A DNA stretch of 28,023 nt from a bacterium. GTDB taxonomy: Bacteria > Omnitrophota > Gorgyraeia > Gygaellales > Profunditerraquicolaceae. Below are positions 15,887-23,409 of the stretch, piece by piece. The position numbers and the translations under genes were made by a program. Every line of letters starts with the position of its first letter. Position 1 is the first letter of the stretch. Location of the stretch: assembly GCA_037133515.1 (NCBI GenBank), contig JBAXNZ010000001.1:1-28023 (forward strand), given 5' to 3'. The notes below the pieces were generated by a model. That model ran no database searches, was not told the DNA's origin, and worked only from the letters and a program-made list of their open reading frames with translations.

Positions 15887-16503
15887 TATTTTATCTTTAA
15901 GAGGCCCCTGGCTATCTTTTTAGCATGATAATAAACCGCGGCAGTAAAATCGAGCATATTCAAGAACATATTGCAGGCCATTGGGCTACAGATGCCGTCG
16001 AGCAGCCTCTGATTATGCCTGCGGCGGTACTCATCCACCATCTTATCAATATGACCTTCCCCTTTAAGCACCTCTTTAACCAGGCCGGGCTTATCTTTAT
16101 CCAGGGCCTCAGTTATTTCTTTAAGGGAAGACTCGGTTTTGCGATAGAGCTCTTCATACTCCTTTACCGCATCGTCGCTAAAAAGCAGTTTTTCTTCTAT
16201 CTTTATCTGGATACGCTCCAGCATATCCTTGCAATAATCGCCGATAAGCTCAAGGTCTGCCACCACATCGGCATAGATCAATACCTTGGTCTTATCAGTT
16301 TTAACTTTTGTAGCGCGGCCAAACTCTACGAGTTCGATAGTCAGCTCCTTCTCTAAATCATTGAGCTTAACCTCCTTCTCCAATACCCCTGGAATTATCT
16401 GGAGGTCATGTTCCATAAATGCAGCGTGCGTATCCTGCCACATCTTAAGGCTTAACTTGGACATTGCCGCGATTCGTGATTTTATATTTCTAAGCTCCGC
16501 CAT
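15886..16503 (-). CDS. Stand-alone PhoU-fold protein resembling the cytoplasmic C-terminal domain of Na+/Pi cotransporter (NptA/YjbB-type) proteins
   Basis: Soluble, helical, with two repeats. EKEVKLNDLEKEL, ADLELIGDYC (cf. DLERIGD), LLFSDDAVKE, IDKMVDEYRRRHNQRLLDGICS (cf. HxxRLxxGxC), FLNMLD...YHAKKIA. Confidence 0.75.
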   Translation of the reverse strand: MAELRNIKSRIAAMSKLSLKMWQDTHAAFMEHDLQIIPGVLEKEVKLNDLEKELTIELVEFGRATKVKTDKTKVLIYADVVADLELIGDYCKDMLERIQIKIEEKLLFSDDAVKEYEELYRKTESSLKEITEALDKDKPGLVKEVLKGEGHIDKMVDEYRRRHNQRLLDGICSPMACNMFLNMLDFTAAVYYHAKKIARGLLKIK

Positions 16504-17695
16504 CTTTAAACCTCTCTCTCAACTTATTGGTCTTCTCCTGGGATAATTTAATCAGGTCCCAGCCGTTCATTATCTTTTTATTATCCGGCTTGTTGATCAC
16601 CGCTACCCTCTCGGTGCAGCAGTAGCAAGGGTCAACCGCAGCCAGGGTAATGGTAGCATCAGAGATAGTCCCTCCTACTGCCCCGACTTTATTAGAAGCC
16701 ACATTCATAAAGCTGGGCGCGCGTATCTTATGCCTTATCGGCCGGTTTGTCCCGTCGCTTTTTATATAATGGATGCATTCTCCCCTTGGCGCCTCGACCC
16801 TTCCTATCCCCTCACCAACAGGGATATCTTTAATATCGGCATCAATAGCTCCGCGGGGAAGCTTATCCAGGCACTGACGGATAATGCGTATGGACTCATA
16901 CATCTCAAGGATCCTCACCACGGTCTTGGCAAAGATATCGCCGTCTTTTTCCATAATTATATTCCAATCCAGGTTGCTATAAGCGCCGTAAGGATCATCC
17001 CGCCGCACGTCTATATTTATGCCGGAGGCCCTGGCAGTCGGGCCGACCACGCAGTAGTCAATTGCCTGCTCTTTAGTTAAAACGCCCACGCCCACCAGCC
17101 TTGCCTTTATTACCGGGTCATCCATAACCGCGCCCTTAAACATATCCACTGCCGGAACTAGCTCATCCAGCGTCTTTTTTAAGACCGATATATCTGCGTC
17201 TTTTATATCGCGTCTGATCCCTCCTATCTTTAACATCCCGTAGTTATTCCTATTGCCGGTGATCATCTCAAAACAATCTAGCACAGGCTCGCGGTATTTC
17301 CAGGCCCACATCCAAACCGTATTGTAACCGATAAAATGCCCTGCCAGGCCCAGCCATAACAAGTGGCTGTGTATGCGCTGCAGCTCATCTACTATGGTGC
17401 GTATATATACGGCGCGCTCCGGCACCAGCTTCTCCTCACCCCCTAATATATCCTCTACTGCCAGCACATAGGCATAGGGGTGGCTGGAAGAACAGATCCC
17501 GCAGATGCGCTCCACAAGAAAAGCGACTTGGTCAAAGTGCTTTGACTCTGAGAGCTTTTCAATCCCGCGGTGGTTGTAACCGATGATGATATCGATATCC
17601 ACCACGCGCTCTCCCTCAACATAAAGCTGAAAGAACTCCGGTTCTTCTTGTAAAGGGTGATACGGACCTATAGGTACGATTACTCTATGGCTCAT
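16490..17695 (-). CDS. mbhL: Group 4 [NiFe]-hydrogenase large subunit (MbhL/HycE/EchE-like)
   Basis: GPYHPLQEEP, GYNHRGIEK, L1 ERICGICSSSH, EAPRGE, IRAPSF, L2 DPCYCCTER, followed by a 38-aa C-terminal extension. Confidence 0.93.
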   Translation of the reverse strand: MSHRVIVPIGPYHPLQEEPEFFQLYVEGERVVDIDIIIGYNHRGIEKLSESKHFDQVAFLVERICGICSSSHPYAYVLAVEDILGGEEKLVPERAVYIRTIVDELQRIHSHLLWLGLAGHFIGYNTVWMWAWKYREPVLDCFEMITGNRNNYGMLKIGGIRRDIKDADISVLKKTLDELVPAVDMFKGAVMDDPVIKARLVGVGVLTKEQAIDYCVVGPTARASGINIDVRRDDPYGAYSNLDWNIIMEKDGDIFAKTVVRILEMYESIRIIRQCLDKLPRGAIDADIKDIPVGEGIGRVEAPRGECIHYIKSDGTNRPIRHKIRAPSFMNVASNKVGAVGGTISDATITLAAVDPCYCCTERVAVINKPDNKKIMNGWDLIKLSQEKTNKLRERFKDGGA

Positions 17696-18120
17696 TTGCC
17701 TTGCCTTAGAGGATAGTCGCCTTGCGGCCAGTCCTCTGCTAAAAGCAACCTTTTTAGATTAGGATGGTTCTTAAAATTTATACCCAGCATCTCCCAGATC
17801 TCCCGCTCAACCCACTCTGCGCCGGCGAATATAGGCGCCAGTGAATCCACCTCTGGATGTAATTTGTCAGAAAGCATAACGCGCAGGGAATAAACCGCCC
17901 CGCTTGCGTCATCGCTAAAGTGATAGATTATTTCAAAGGCTAAAGGCGTATCTATGCCTGAAGCAGTAGAAAACCTAAGCCCTAATTCTTTGAATAAAAA
18001 CCTGGAGACTTCGAATATATCTTCCTTTTTAACCGTAATATATATGCGCCTGGGGGAGTGTTCTTCCCAGGAGACGATCCTTACCCCTAAACCTTCTTTT
18101 ATTTTCTCTATCATATCCAT
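17692..18120 (-). CDS. mbhK: NuoC-like subunit (MbhK/EchD)
   Basis: FEIIYHFS, AEWVEREIWEMLGINFKNHPNLKRLLLAEDWPQGDYPLR. Confidence 0.9.
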   Translation of the reverse strand: MDMIEKIKEGLGVRIVSWEEHSPRRIYITVKKEDIFEVSRFLFKELGLRFSTASGIDTPLAFEIIYHFSDDASGAVYSLRVMLSDKLHPEVDSLAPIFAGAEWVEREIWEMLGINFKNHPNLKRLLLAEDWPQGDYPLRQGK

Positions 18121-18123
18121 GGT

Positions 18124-18549
18124 TTATTTTTTATTTTTGATCTTATCCGTAAGTTTGGCAATCCCGGCAATTATCGCCTCCGGCTTAGGAGGGCATCCCG
18201 GTATATAAACATCCACCGGTATTATGCTGTCCAAGGGGCCTGCTACATTATAGCTATCCCGGAACATATTCTGCGACACCGCACAGATCCCGCAGGCAAC
18301 CACCAGGCAGGGTTTAGCTGCCTGTTCATAGATTTTTTTAAGGAGCGGGACTGCCTTGCGGCTCATGGCGCCGGTGACCAATAGCGCATCCGCATGCCGC
18401 ACAGACCCGATTAATTGTATACCGAACCTCTCTATGTCAAACCTGGGGGTGAAGCAATCCAATATTTCTATATCACAGTTATTGCAGGAACCAGCGCTCA
18501 CATGAAAAACCCAGATAGACTTGGTAAGCGCCTTAAGCCTTAAATCCAT
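18124..18549 (-). CDS. mbhJ: Group 4 hydrogenase small subunit (MbhJ/HycG/NuoB-like), 1x[4Fe-4S]
   Basis: GSCNNCDIE (hydrogenase-type CxxC, not the tandem CC of NuoB), RFDIERFG, ACGIC, VDVYIPGCPPKPE. Confidence 0.93.
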   Translation of the reverse strand: MDLRLKALTKSIWVFHVSAGSCNNCDIEILDCFTPRFDIERFGIQLIGSVRHADALLVTGAMSRKAVPLLKKIYEQAAKPCLVVACGICAVSQNMFRDSYNVAGPLDSIIPVDVYIPGCPPKPEAIIAGIAKLTDKIKNKK

Positions 18550-18550
18550 T

Positions 18551-19462
18551 CTATAATCCTCCTGCTGCCAAGGCCACGCTAAGTATTGCCAATAATGTAG
18601 CTGGCCCCCAGAAAAATTTAAGCGCCTGGTCGATGCGCAGCCGCGGATTGGTATTCTTGATCAATATGATCAATACCAGTATCGCTATAAACTTTAAAAT
18701 AATAAAGAGGGGGCTGGTATCCTTTCCCAGAAAAAGGAAAATCACCAGCAACGGCATTGTATAAAGTAAGCTTGCCTTTGTCAATTTAAATACTGCCAAA
18801 GGCAAGCCTGAATATTCTATCATTGTCCCGGCCATGATCTCCTGCTCTGCCTCTGCGATATCAAAGGGGTTCATCCCTAATTTTGCCTGCATGCAGAATA
18901 ATACTACTATAAAGGCAAGGAAACCGGACCAAGAGAATATATTCGATCCTGCACTCGCCTGGCTGCTCAGTATTTGAGCCAGCTGTATTGAGCCTTTTGC
19001 CCTAATTGCCACCGCGATTATTGCCAGGATAAAGGGGAGCTCATAAGAAAGCACCAGCTTGATCTCGCGGCTTGCGCCCACCGAAGCCAGGGGGTTCCTG
19101 GAAGAAGAAGCGCCCAATATTACGGCGATAGCCGGAATGACCAACAGGTATAAGAGCACGATAAGGTCGGCGCGGAAAAGCTCCGAATGAAAAAAAAGAT
19201 TCTTTCCCAGTATTGTAGCTATCAGGACCGCGCTTAATAGCCCCAGGTAAGGAGATAACAAAAAGGCACCTCCGGAGCCCTTGGGGACTATGACTTCCTT
19301 GCCCAGTAATTTTACGATATCTACGAAGTTCTGATACCAGGGCGGGCCTACCCGCCACTGGATGCGGGCAGTGACCTTGCGGTCTATCCAGCCTGCCAGG
19401 AGCCCGGCCGAGACGGTAAACAAAAAACCAGGGAATACGAGATAATCAAATAATGGCATCAT
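18551..19462 (-). CDS. mbhM: NuoH-like membrane anchor (MbhM/HycD/EchB)
   Basis: Start moved to ATG 19462 (ATGA overlap with the upstream stop). WIDRKVTARIQWRVGPP, GASREIKLVLSYE, PFDIAEAEQEIMAGTMIEYSG, PRLRIDQ. Confidence 0.92.
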   Translation of the reverse strand: MMPLFDYLVFPGFLFTVSAGLLAGWIDRKVTARIQWRVGPPWYQNFVDIVKLLGKEVIVPKGSGGAFLLSPYLGLLSAVLIATILGKNLFFHSELFRADLIVLLYLLVIPAIAVILGASSSRNPLASVGASREIKLVLSYELPFILAIIAVAIRAKGSIQLAQILSSQASAGSNIFSWSGFLAFIVVLFCMQAKLGMNPFDIAEAEQEIMAGTMIEYSGLPLAVFKLTKASLLYTMPLLVIFLFLGKDTSPLFIILKFIAILVLIILIKNTNPRLRIDQALKFFWGPATLLAILSVALAAGGL

Positions 19463-19950
19463 CTTTTCTTTGGTTGAAAATCCTCCCTTACCCATTTACT
19501 GGAATGCACTGCCAGATGCTCTCCCACAAAATAAATATTATTCTCTGTGCTCTCCTCTATCTCCCGTAAATCCACTGCCTTATGCGTGCAGCTGGTTATA
19601 CATTTAGGAAGCTGGCCTGTTTTACCTATGCAATAATCGCATTTTGAGTCAAGATAGGGAATAAAATCAGCAAAGATAACCCCAAAAGGGCAGGCAAGGG
19701 TACAAGATTTACAACTGGTGCAACGCATCTTATAGCGTTTTAGGTGGCCATCAGAGCCACGTTCAAGGGCATTATGGTAACAGGAATTAACGCAAGGAGC
19801 CTCTTCGCAATGCCGGCAGATAATGGCAAAGGTTGAGTATTCGCGTAAACCCGCTACCCCGTTATTCTGCGGATGATAGAAATACTCACAGCAACTTATA
19901 CACTCTTTACAGCTGCTGCAGATATCCAGGTCAACAAACAGGCGTTTCAT
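19459..19950 (-). CDS. Polyferredoxin, 4x[4Fe-4S] HycB/CooF/HydN-like electron-transfer subunit
   Basis: CSSCKECISCC, CRHCEEAPCVNSC, CTSCKSCTLACPFG, KCDYC...CITSC: the DmsB/HycB-family Cys pattern. Confidence 0.88.
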   Translation of the reverse strand: MKRLFVDLDICSSCKECISCCEYFYHPQNNGVAGLREYSTFAIICRHCEEAPCVNSCYHNALERGSDGHLKRYKMRCTSCKSCTLACPFGVIFADFIPYLDSKCDYCIGKTGQLPKCITSCTHKAVDLREIEESTENNIYFVGEHLAVHSSKWVREDFQPKKR

Positions 19951-19954
19951 ATTT

Positions 19955-20770
19955 CTAGTCCCATATATCGGGTATATCTTTTAATTCCCTGTAAGTAAAG
20001 ACCGGGCCGTCTTTGCAGGCATAAAACTTTCCGATGCGGCAGTGCCCGCATTTACCCAGGCCGCATGACATGTTTTTTTCCATTGAGAGGTATATCTCCT
20101 GTGGCTTAAATCCCAGGTCCATTAATTTTAATACTCCGAATTTCATCATTATCGGCGGGCCGCAGACTATTGCCACTGCCTTCTTTAAATTAAGGGGCAG
20201 GTCTTTTAGTATTGTAGTAACTAGCCCCACATTCCCTTTCCAACTAGGGTCTCCTACATCAACTGTGGTGACGATATCCACCTTTTTTTTCTTAGACCAT
20301 TGCGGTATGGCAGACTTATAAATGATATCCGCTGAGCTACGCGCGCCATAGCGTAATAATACCTTATTGTATTTATCTATATCGGAAAAAAGGCTAAACA
20401 ATAACGAGCGTAGCGGCGCCAGGCCCACCCCTCCGCCTAATATCAAGATATCCTTACCCTCAAAACTCTCCAGTGGGTAACCCTTACCATAAGGCCCGCG
20501 TATGCCAACGGTTGTTCCTTTAGAAGCCTGATGCAATAAAGAGGTGACCCTACCCGCCTTCATTATAGTTACCTCCATGACCTCGCTAACATTCGGGTCA
20601 GAGGAAGGGGTAAAGGGCGCCTCCCCTATGCCAGGTATGGAGAGCTCGATGAACTGCCCGGTTTTAAAAGAGAACTGCTCCTTTGGCCTGATTACGAAGG
20701 TCTTTATATTAGAGGTCTCACTGATGACATCTTCGATAGTCGCCTCTATAGGCAGATAGATATTTTTCAT
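19955..20770 (-). CDS. FAD/NAD(P)-binding [2Fe-2S] oxidoreductase, AsrB/HydG(gamma)/FlxA-like
   Basis: FNR fold: GQFIEL, GEAPFTPSS, GPYGKGYP, GGGVGLAPLRS, YGAR, CGPPIMM, MEKNMSCGLGKCGHC...CKDGPVF. Confidence 0.92.
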   Translation of the reverse strand: MKNIYLPIEATIEDVISETSNIKTFVIRPKEQFSFKTGQFIELSIPGIGEAPFTPSSDPNVSEVMEVTIMKAGRVTSLLHQASKGTTVGIRGPYGKGYPLESFEGKDILILGGGVGLAPLRSLLFSLFSDIDKYNKVLLRYGARSSADIIYKSAIPQWSKKKKVDIVTTVDVGDPSWKGNVGLVTTILKDLPLNLKKAVAIVCGPPIMMKFGVLKLMDLGFKPQEIYLSMEKNMSCGLGKCGHCRIGKFYACKDGPVFTYRELKDIPDIWD

Positions 20771-21828
20771 AATTTAGCGTGCAATTTCTTATCCAGGTCT
20801 TTTAGGACTTCTCTTATATCAATTTTTCCCGGGCAGACCTCGATACACCTGCCGCAGCCGCAACAGGCAGGCAGGCCCAGATTATCAATAAAAAAGTCAA
20901 ACTTCTTCATAAATCTGTTTCTTAACCTCTGGGTCCTGGTCTTTAAAGGATTTGCGCCTCCTGCAACCCTGGCATAATTAGCATACAGGCAGGAATCCCA
21001 GAGCCTTACTTTTTCATTTTGATTACCCTTTCTTCTGTCTGAGAGCAGAAAACAATGACAGGTATCGCAAACAAGATTGCACCCTCCGCATTCAACGCAG
21101 GTAAGCATGAATTCGCTCCAGGTAGAGAGGCCATACCCCTGCTTAACCAGGCCCTGGAGGCTATCTTTTACCGGGATGTTTTGAGGCAGGAGGTGCTTTT
21201 GAAGCCGCTCGATCAGGTTATCCCTTTTTATGGAGCGGCCGGCAATCTGCGTATCTTTGGCAGGGATAAAATACTGCTGGTAGGCCTTAAGCAGGTCTTG
21301 GCCCTTTGCTGAACCTACCTCTACCAGATAACCTTCATTTAGAGGAGAAAGGTTTAAGTCAAAACCCTCGCTCGGATAAGGAAGGATATCCAGGGCCAGG
21401 CAGAAACATACTTTTTTAAAGGCCGTACAATCAGAAGAAATAATAACGGTATTCTCTCTTCTAAGGCGGTATAAAGAATCTACCTCCTGGCCTTCCATGA
21501 ATACGAAATCCTGTATCTTGTGGCCGGCGAGGTCGCAGCTTTTTACCCCCACAATAACGGCCTTTTTAACCTGGGTTATTTTTTTGTCCTCTGTGAAATA
21601 CCCGCCTACCAAATCTTGCGGCCAGGTAAAAAAAGACTTTAGCGGTTCGACTACGCGGTAAGGATTAAAGGTAAGAACTTGCGGGTATATGAATTTTTGA
21701 TAGGAGTATTCAGTTTCTTTGGGGGGAGTATTCTCTTTGGCCTGGGGGACAAATACGCTGAGGTCTTTCTGGAGTTGATTTAGAAAATCTTCTAACCTAG
21801 CAGTTTCGATATAATATATTCTGTGCAT
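20767..21828 (-). CDS. 4Fe-4S protein, AsrA/HydB(beta)/FlxB-like
   Basis: GVKSCDL, CFC, CVECGGCNLVCDTCHCF, RLWDSC, RLRNRFMKKF, CCGCGRCIEVCP. The start is uncertain (ATG 21828 or TTG 21867). Confidence 0.9.
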   Translation of the reverse strand: MHRIYYIETARLEDFLNQLQKDLSVFVPQAKENTPPKETEYSYQKFIYPQVLTFNPYRVVEPLKSFFTWPQDLVGGYFTEDKKITQVKKAVIVGVKSCDLAGHKIQDFVFMEGQEVDSLYRLRRENTVIISSDCTAFKKVCFCLALDILPYPSEGFDLNLSPLNEGYLVEVGSAKGQDLLKAYQQYFIPAKDTQIAGRSIKRDNLIERLQKHLLPQNIPVKDSLQGLVKQGYGLSTWSEFMLTCVECGGCNLVCDTCHCFLLSDRRKGNQNEKVRLWDSCLYANYARVAGGANPLKTRTQRLRNRFMKKFDFFIDNLGLPACCGCGRCIEVCPGKIDIREVLKDLDKKLHAKL

Positions 21829-21896
21829 ATTGAGGAAAACGTTCGGGCGGGAATATTTAGAGCCCAAAACGACAGATTATTATTTTTAGAGTAGAT

Positions 21897-21925
21897 ACTA
21901 TAATGCAATGCGCAAGGATTGTCAA
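21897..21925 (-). promoter_or_regulatory. sigma70-type promoter of the hydrogenase operon
   Basis: Minus strand TTGACA (21925-21920), exactly 17 nt, then TATAGT (21902-21897), in the only sizeable gap between yqeY and the operon. Confidence 0.8.
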
Positions 21926-21931
21926 GTGAAA

Positions 21932-22387
21932 CTATAATGCGGGCCCAGAGAGCCGTTCTTTTACCAGGTCGCTGACCAGTTTACTATCCGCGCCAGGCCC
22001 CACCTTAACACTCACCTCTTTCATGACCTTGCCCATATCTTTCATCCCTGTTGCCCCAAGACTAAGAACCGCTTCTTCAATTATCTGTTTTACCTGCTCA
22101 TCAGAGAGTTGGGGGGGAAGGTAGCTTTTTAATATTTTTAATTCCGCCTCTTCCTTGACGGAGAGATCTTCTCTATTTCCTTTCTTAAACTGCTCTACGG
22201 AATCCTGATGCTGTTTAATCTGTTTCTTGATTACAACGAAGACCTCGTCATCTTCAAGCGCCTTCTTTTTCTTGGCGATGGCTACATTCATAAGCTCGGC
22301 GCGCAGGAAACTCAAAGTAGAGCTTCTTATCTTATCCTGGCTCTTCATCGCCTCTTTATAATCATTAAGGATCTTCTCTTCTAACAT
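21932..22387 (-). CDS. yqeY: GatB/YqeY domain protein
   Basis: DYKEAMKSQDK, IKKQIKQHQDSVEQFKKGNREDL, ILKSYLPPQLS, MKDMGKVM. Confidence 0.94.
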   Translation of the reverse strand: MLEEKILNDYKEAMKSQDKIRSSTLSFLRAELMNVAIAKKKKALEDDEVFVVIKKQIKQHQDSVEQFKKGNREDLSVKEEAELKILKSYLPPQLSDEQVKQIIEEAVLSLGATGMKDMGKVMKEVSVKVGPGADSKLVSDLVKERLSGPAL

Positions 22388-22395
22388 AGTCCCCC

Positions 22396-23294
22396 CTATA
22401 ATAAAACGTATTTCTTAAAAATAACTAAGCGCCTTTCTAAATCCTCTAAGGTAAGGCGGCTGGTCCTCTTTAAACCGAAATCCTCGATGTTAAAAGATGC
22501 GGCTATCGTGCCATAACTGATCGCCTTTTTAAGGCTCTTCTCATTTATCTTTTTGGTTTTTGCCAGATAACCCATAAACCCTCCGGCAAAGGTATCCCCT
22601 GCGCCGGTAGGGTCCACTACCATGCTCATAGGATAGCAGGAATGACAAAGATAAACCTGCCGCTGTAAAACAAGACCCCGTGCTCGCCTTTCTTTATTAG
22701 CACCATCTGGGGCCCGAGCTTATGCAGATAGCGGGCTGCCCTGACCAGATTATTCTCTCCCGACAAATCCCTGGCCTCCTGGTCATTAGCCACATAGATA
22801 TTGACTTTCTTTAATAGGCGCAGCAGGGACTTACGCTTATGCTTTATCCAAAAATTCATGCTGTCTAAACCCACAAGCCCAGGGGATTGCATGCGGCCTA
22901 AAAAATAGCTTTGTACCTCGGGGTCGATATTAGCCAGGAAGATATTTTTTATCTTTCTTTGTTCTTTTGATAATCTGGGCTTGAAATCAGAGAGCACGCC
23001 CAGCCTAGTATCATTGGTAATAGCGCAGTTAAGGTCTCCCTGATATTCTCCGTCCCATCTGAAACTCTCTCCTTCTTCTCTGGCAAGTGAGGCCAGGTCC
23101 AGGCCTTTTCTGCGCAAAAAATCTACGTGCCTGATAGGGAAATCCTTGCCTATAACCGCCACCAGATGCACCTGGGTAAAAAGCCTGGCGGACATAGCAA
23201 AATGCGCGGCTGAGCCTCCCAGCATATTTTCCCTCTTGCCGAAAGGGGTCTTAACCGTATCCAGCGCTACTGTGCCCAAAACAATTATGCTCAT
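22396..23294 (-). pseudogene. PfkB/ribokinase-family sugar or nucleoside kinase split by a 1-nt frameshift (real lesion or sequencing error)
   Basis: The 5' part (ATG 23294 to 22626) has GTVALD, LGGSAAHF, LANIDP and KKGEHG and ends PAIL*. The 3' part (22629-22396) has VVDPTGAGDTFAGG. One extra T near 22635 restores ...PAYPMSMVVDPTGAGDTFAGG. Confidence 0.8.
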
Positions 23295-23409
23295 AAATGA
23301 GGCCACAACTTACGGAGCAAAAGCGAACGTAAGTTGTCCGGCCGAATTTATCCCGACGAGTGCAAAAAAATTTGGAACAAATTTTTGCAGCTGCTTACGA
23401 GTCGGGATC
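23294..23409 (-). repeat. Structured intergenic element copy B (two hairpins, REP/BIME-like)
   Basis: Perfect 10-bp inverted repeat ACAACTTACG/CGTAAGTTGT (23305-23337) closed by GGCC/GGCC. A second hairpin, ATCCCGAC (23350-23357)/GTCGGGAT (23401-23408), has an inner TGCAAAAA..TTT/AAATTTTTGCA stem. Homologous to 2314-2442. Confidence 0.8.

Noticed and set aside
15886-16503. A phosphate-uptake (pst/phoU) locus
   Set aside because: There is no pstSCAB, phoBR or Na/Pi membrane domain, and I found no PHO-box-like repeat at the operon promoter.
16490-19462. Annotation as complex I (nuoBCDH) or as sulfane reductase MBS/Mbx
   Set aside because: The large subunit keeps both Ni-binding CxxC motifs and a cleavable tail, the small subunit has CxxC rather than tandem CC, there is no nuoEFG or nuoAJK set, and a hycI gene is present.
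19955-21828. Anaerobic sulfite reductase asrAB or a soluble group 3b sulfhydrogenase
   Set aside because: There is no siroheme AsrC and no HydD/HydA pair in the window; the genes are coupled directly to the group 4 operon. Partners elsewhere in the genome cannot be excluded.
16490-21828. Selenocysteine recoding in the hydrogenase or Fe-S subunits
   Set aside because: All expected ligand positions are Cys codons in uninterrupted frames; no in-frame TGA needs explaining.
21915-21940. Rex operator at the hydrogenase promoter
   Set aside because: TTGACAA resembles one Rex half-site, but the partner half-site at the required spacing does not match TTGTGAA.
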